NCBI RefSeq assembly: GCF_000299365.1
Contig: NC_018655.1
Location: 1,110,001-1,142,000 of the forward strand
Reading direction: 5' to 3'
Length of the DNA stretch: 32,000 nt
Source: Candidatus Nitrosopumilus koreensis AR1
GTDB lineage: Archaea > Thermoproteota > Nitrososphaeria > Nitrososphaerales > Nitrosopumilaceae
Of the stretch, positions 27,628-32,000 are shown one piece after another (position 1 is the stretch's first letter; the number at the start of each line of letters is the position of its first letter). The translations under genes and the position numbers were made by a program. The notes under the pieces were generated by a model. It was not told the DNA's origin and made no database searches. It was given only the letters and a program-made list of their open reading frames with translations.

Positions 27628-29106
27628 GTGAGTCGGGTAATTTTACGAGTATTGTTAATTGGAGTTTTGGGTGTTTTGTTTACAGGTACCACTTTTTTGA
27701 TTCAAAATGCACATGCTACTACTTTTACTAGTATTGTAGCAAATGACCCCGATGATGGAGATACTATATTCAGTAATGACGATACAATCATCATGTCATT
27801 TGCGTCAACTAATGCTACAGGGAGTGGAACAATGACAGATACTGAAATTAAAGCAAATTTTACCTCTTCAAACTCAGATCTCTTTGATACTGGTGGAACG
27901 TACACAGGATTCTGGAGTTCGGATTCCACAACATTAACAATTTATGTGAACTCTACTACAGGAGTTACAACTACTCCTGTTCCAGATACAACTGTAATCA
28001 ATTATGATACATCTAATGGAAAGCTAGGTGAATCAGACAATACAGAACTAACAGGTGGGGCCATAACTTTGACAGGGGACTTCGGTATAGCTACTAGTTC
28101 TAGTTCATCAAGTGATTCATCTAAGAATGGCTCAGGTTGTGCAGGAGACTGTGAAGAGCCAACAATAGGAATTGACTCTCATGGAAAGCGTCAGGTGAGT
28201 GGTGGTTTTTCATACAACGGATATACAGTTGACGTTGAGAGGTATTTCACACCATACCCACTAATCACAGCTGATATTGGAAAGACAAATGTTGCAGAGT
28301 TTAAGATCTATGAAAATACAGGAGTTCAGAACATAAGGCACTTTACATTTGCATTTGGAATGGACAAAGGCGATATCATTTCAAATAGCAAAGCAAAGAT
28401 TGAACTAGATATTGATTTTGATGGAACAGAGACAGTAACAGTAACTGATCCTGAAAATGCACTTGATAACATCAAAGTCACTACAAGCAAGGTTTCATGC
28501 ATGGAACACTCCACTAACGAGTGCTTGAAGGTGTCAATTCAGCATATGTTCAGAGCACCATTGGACTTTAACATTGTTGGAACAGATGTATGGGACACTA
28601 AACGCAGCTCATGGCAAAACTATTACAATCACGGAATCGAGGTGGTTGGAGAATCACTAAACCCTCCAAAGGAATATGACGGAGTAAACAAGGGACATAT
28701 CTACCACCTGACTGAAACAAGCAAAACTACGGCAGTAGATGAGTTTGGAGATACATGGACATTCCAATACGGAACATGGAGCAAAGACTACATCAAGAAA
28801 GAAAGAATTCAAGATGGCCAGAAAATGGTGTTTGACAGGATGCATTCAGAGTTTGGAGCATACAAAAAAGACAATGTAGACAAAGCATTTGGTCAGTTGC
28901 TAGAATTATGTCCAACATGTATAGAAGAATTTACAGACTTGGAATATGCAAAAAGTTACGACTATGCAAAGGCCAGTTCAAACAAGCTAGACAGACCAGA
29001 TATCAAATACAAAATGATCTGGGAGGAAAACAAAGCTCAGAAAATCATGAATCAAATAATGGATTCAAAATTCCATATCAAAGAAGCATATTTTGGCAAT
29101 CAGTAA
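27628..29106 (+). CDS. Exported hypothetical protein, 492 aa (GTG start)
   Basis: Signal peptide VILRVLLIGVLGVLFTGTTFLIQNAHA, low-complexity Ser-rich linker, large extracellular domain. Confidence 0.75.
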   Translation: MSRVILRVLLIGVLGVLFTGTTFLIQNAHATTFTSIVANDPDDGDTIFSNDDTIIMSFASTNATGSGTMTDTEIKANFTSSNSDLFDTGGTYTGFWSSDSTTLTIYVNSTTGVTTTPVPDTTVINYDTSNGKLGESDNTELTGGAITLTGDFGIATSSSSSSDSSKNGSGCAGDCEEPTIGIDSHGKRQVSGGFSYNGYTVDVERYFTPYPLITADIGKTNVAEFKIYENTGVQNIRHFTFAFGMDKGDIISNSKAKIELDIDFDGTETVTVTDPENALDNIKVTTSKVSCMEHSTNECLKVSIQHMFRAPLDFNIVGTDVWDTKRSSWQNYYNHGIEVVGESLNPPKEYDGVNKGHIYHLTETSKTTAVDEFGDTWTFQYGTWSKDYIKKERIQDGQKMVFDRMHSEFGAYKKDNVDKAFGQLLELCPTCIEEFTDLEYAKSYDYAKASSNKLDRPDIKYKMIWEENKAQKIMNQIMDSKFHIKEAYFGNQ

Positions 29107-29143
29107 TTTTTTAAGTTTTTAACATATAGCACACATTGATTTT

Positions 29144-29353
29144 ATGAAAATTGAATTAGTATTAATTGGAACTGGATTTATTATTGGAATATTAGGAATC
29201 ATCTTTCATTTACAAGGTCAATCAGTTGTGGGGCCTGAATCATCATTCATGTATTCTAATCCAAAGTGGACAACATATGGAATACAAATAGTTGTAATAG
29301 GAATCATCATCACATCATCAGGAATAATCATTACAAAAATAAAACGAAACTAG
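29144..29353 (+). CDS. Small two-TM membrane protein, 69 aa
   Basis: Two hydrophobic helices. Confidence 0.55.
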   Translation: MKIELVLIGTGFIIGILGIIFHLQGQSVVGPESSFMYSNPKWTTYGIQIVVIGIIITSSGIIITKIKRN

Positions 29354-29580
29354 TTAATTGCTCGAAGGGTAATAGTACTCCGAATTTTTTTTAGTTTCCT
29401 AATTTTCGATGTTATCACTTCGTTCATCTGTGATTGTGTATCAGTTTCAAATTCAGCAACCACATCATAGCTGCCAAAAGTCACCATACAGTTTTTGACT
29501 TCAGGAATATCTTTAAGTTGAGAGTATAGAGATTGCTCTTCTCCAATTTCACAACTAATCAACATGTAAGATTTTTCCAT
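29350..29580 (-). CDS. Stand-alone Lrp/AsnC ligand-binding (RAM) domain protein
   Basis: EIGEEQSLYSQLKDIPEVKNCMVTFGSYDVVAEFETDTQSQMNEVITSKIRKLKKIRSTITLRAI, paralogous to the 17614 ORF. Confidence 0.82.
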   Translation of the reverse strand: MEKSYMLISCEIGEEQSLYSQLKDIPEVKNCMVTFGSYDVVAEFETDTQSQMNEVITSKIRKLKKIRSTITLRAIN

Positions 29581-29646
29581 GCCTAAAATATATCAAAAAA
29601 ACATCAACTTAAACACAGCTAAGAAAACATTTTTCCAGAATTGATC

Positions 29647-30841
29647 TCAAAAACCTGCCAAGATAGGATCAGAGGGTTTCATTATCTCCCTCAACAAAAT
29701 TGTTGCAAAAGATCCCCTTGACAACGTAAATTCTACTGAATTATCATGAGACGAATAGTTAGTACAGTGTATTGCAGCTTGTCTAAAGCCACCCTCATTG
29801 CTTACTTCTTGCATCTCTTTGATGAAAAAATCTTTAGGAGATATCTCTTCTTGTTTTAGAACTTCAGATATTTGGTAGCCAAATCTAGTTTTTTTATAAT
29901 AAGAATAACCAACAAAAGGCAATGCCAATTTTTGATCCAGTCCCTTGACAAATTTTCCAATAACACCTTTAAAATCAAAACATACATCACCTGATTCTGC
30001 CTCAAACAGATTTTCACCATCGCTAAAAGCCGCACTCAGAGACTGGTTGAAGATAAATGACTGATATGCTTGGATGTAAAATCTTCTCAAAGATAATGGG
30101 ATTGAACGTATTGCATGAAAGGCATCATCATGCTCAATCATTTCTTTTATAACAATTCTTTCAATATCCATTTGACGTGGAATCTGATCAAAATATTGTT
30201 GGAAATTTTGTTTATCAGCAAGTTTTTGACGAATCTCACTGTTTTCTTTTGAATCATATGATGATGTAAAAGATAAAATCAATTCAATTGCTTTCTCAAA
30301 ATTTCTTTGAACAATCGCTTTTCCTATAAGATGTGTTACAGGTCTTTTAGAGCCAAATCGTTGATACCCATAAAAATTCAAGACTTTATCAAACTCTTCA
30401 AAAGAAGATAATCCATCAGAACACTCAGAAATTTTAATTCTAAAATGATTTCCAACCATGTCTTTTTTTGATAGAGGTTTTTTTACAAAACCTATTTTTT
30501 TCAGAGAATATTTTTCAGTTGAGAAATCTTCAATTGCTTTTCCCTTGTTTCCAGAACAGACAAATTGTTCAGTAACTGCAGATGCATCCTTTAATCCAAG
30601 AGATTTTAATCTGATTCCTTTTTTTCTAAAAACATCAGATAATACATGATTAGTGTCAATTTTTTCTTTTTAGTTTGTAAACTGCATATCCATCTTCCTG
30701 ATTAATTGTATGTTGTGTTTTCTCTGAAATTTTTTCAAACACTTCAAAATCTTCAGCAGTTGCACGAATTTTTCCACCAATGCCACCGAACTTTGTGCTA
30801 TAAACAGAAATCCCTATTTTATAATCTAAATCAGGAATCAC
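29647..30841 (-). pseudogene. truD: tRNA pseudouridine(13) synthase TruD, interrupted by one frameshift (or sequencing error)
   Basis: N-terminal ORF 30656-30841 ends KLKRKN*; the next frame continues without a stop as ..DTNHVLSDVFRKKGIRLKSLGLKDASAVTEQFVCSG... into the 29647-30459 ORF with QRFGSKRPVTHLIG. Probable GTG start. Confidence 0.88.
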
Positions 30842-32000
30842 TCTATTGTCACTGTAACATATTTGCTAACTGCAATGTCTGATGATTGAGTTCCAATCAG
30901 AATTTTGTATTCTCCTGTAATTGCATCATCAGATGCTGAAATCATTGTATGAATTGTTTGAGCAGAACCAGTAACCAGTTGGAAAGATTCAGAGTCATTT
31001 TCTGCTAGTTCTACATTCAAAAAGTCACGTGTAGGAGACAAGATCAAAGTTCCTCCCAACACCTTATCGGATGATTTTGAAGATAAAATAAAACTGAATT
31101 CTTTAGAATCACCAGGACTAAGAGACATTGTTTCAGAGTCTAATTGAATTTCAAAAGGCAAAGGAACAGACGTGTCAACTACCCCAATATTGTTTTCCAC
31201 CCATTCAGTAAACCAAATTTTCTTCCCATCTACAGCAAAATCAAAGATTTGAGCAAGACCGCAATCAGATACCATCAGACCAGTTCCAGGATCACAATCA
31301 CCCCAGTAAGGATTCTTGGAAGGTATATGGTATTCTACAAGGGATTGAGATTTTGGATCAAATACAGATATGTTATTTGCATTTTGTTCATTGAAAATAA
31401 TTCTGCCTTGATCATCAGAGTCAATCCAATACGGTCTGGATATAGGGGTCTTGATAACACCCGTTTGGTTTCCATAAGTACTAAGCAACGGAGTGGCAGT
31501 TACATATTGAGTAAATTCTTCAGTTACTGGATTAAAACTAAAAAAAGATGATGACGTGGTGTCTGCTAACCAAATCATTCCATCATCAGACACAACGGCT
31601 CCATTTGGAGTTAGTAATTGTACGGGTAATTGATAGATTTCAATAAAGTCAAGTAAAGGTAAGAGTTGTTCATTTGAATTTGCTACAGAGTCAAAATATC
31701 CATTTTGGTTAAATTTTACCAAGACACCTCCCTGCTGGAACAACCAATTTGTAAACCAGACATTGTTTTCTGCATCTACTGTAAAATCAGCAGTAACAGA
31801 ATCATCAACAGGGGAAGGGATGCTAAGATAATTTACATCATCACTTGATTGGTTTGGATCCAAAAAGGTGAGTTTGTTCCCTGTAAAATCATTAATTATG
31901 ATTTTAGAGCCATCAACTTGTAACCTTTGAGGTAAAGAATCACCTTCAGAAGGATATCCAAGTCGATCATACCTTTCATCAATGGTTGAAAATTTCCATA
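30838..32000 (-). CDS. Vgb/streptogramin-lyase-like beta-propeller protein, N-terminus outside window
   Basis: The frame is open to the window end (..ERYDRLGYPSEGDSLPQRLQVDGSKIIINDFTGNKLTFLDPNQ..). Propeller units FTVDAENNVWFTNW, GAVVSDDGMIWLADTTSSS, FDFAVDGKKIWFTEW. Confidence 0.8.
   Translation of the reverse strand, partial: WKFSTIDERYDRLGYPSEGDSLPQRLQVDGSKIIINDFTGNKLTFLDPNQSSDDVNYLSIPSPVDDSVTADFTVDAENNVWFTNWLFQQGGVLVKFNQNGYFDSVANSNEQLLPLLDFIEIYQLPVQLLTPNGAVVSDDGMIWLADTTSSSFFSFNPVTEEFTQYVTATPLLSTYGNQTGVIKTPISRPYWIDSDDQGRIIFNEQNANNISVFDPKSQSLVEYHIPSKNPYWGDCDPGTGLMVSDCGLAQIFDFAVDGKKIWFTEWVENNIGVVDTSVPLPFEIQLDSETMSLSPGDSKEFSFILSSKSSDKVLGGTLILSPTRDFLNVELAENDSESFQLVTGSAQTIHTMISASDDAITGEYKILIGTQSSDIAVSKYVTVTIE

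Noticed and set aside
30656-30672. Programmed -1 frameshift in truD at AAAAAAT
   Set aside because: The downstream frame requires +1 (or -2), and a -1 shift does not enter the TruD frame.
31144-31551. 135-aa plus-strand ORF
   Set aside because: Antisense to the beta-propeller gene; no recognisable features.
1-32000. Search for transposases, integrases, phage genes, toxin-antitoxin pairs, CRISPR/cas, restriction-modification or BGC genes
   Set aside because: None of the listed translations shows such signatures; the window reads as core chromosome plus lineage-specific hypothetical genes.

Overview
This 32 kb window looks like an ordinary, gene-dense, AT-rich chromosomal segment of an ammonia-oxidising thaumarchaeon (Nitrosopumilus-like). 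That assignment is an inference from gene content and protein character, not a database result. Recognisable genes: 3' end of ileS, a Dps/ferritin-like protein, sucC-sucD, ribosomal protein L40e (missed by the ORF track), an NHL/fibronectin-III surface protein, inorganic pyrophosphatase, a UBP-type Zn-finger protein, an M3 oligopeptidase, pyruvoyl-dependent arginine decarboxylase, a DsbA-like protein, a DEAD-box helicase with an RGG tail, two stand-alone RAM (Lrp/AsnC C-terminal) domain proteins, a cupredoxin membrane protein, a C2H2 Zn-finger protein, a DUF255/YyaL thioredoxin-domain protein, an alcohol dehydrogenase, truD broken into two ORFs by a frameshift, and a truncated Vgb-like beta-propeller. 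Two tRNAs were read by hand: Thr-UGU and a probable Val-CAC with about 20 extra nucleotides. I see no CRISPR array, cas genes, transposase, integrase or obvious defence system. The observations most worth a second look are (1) a 211-bp run of seven consecutive hairpins at 8671-8881, overlapping a TGA-interrupted reading frame, (2) a long inverted repeat at 1366-1435 whose loop carries a tRNA T-arm/B-box-like string, (3) the enlarged tRNA-Val, (4) the truD frameshift at an A6 run, (5) a 10-bp hairpin in the leader of the DEAD-box helicase, and (6) several very short Cys/His-rich ORFs below the ORF-track cutoff. None of these is shown to be a new system.
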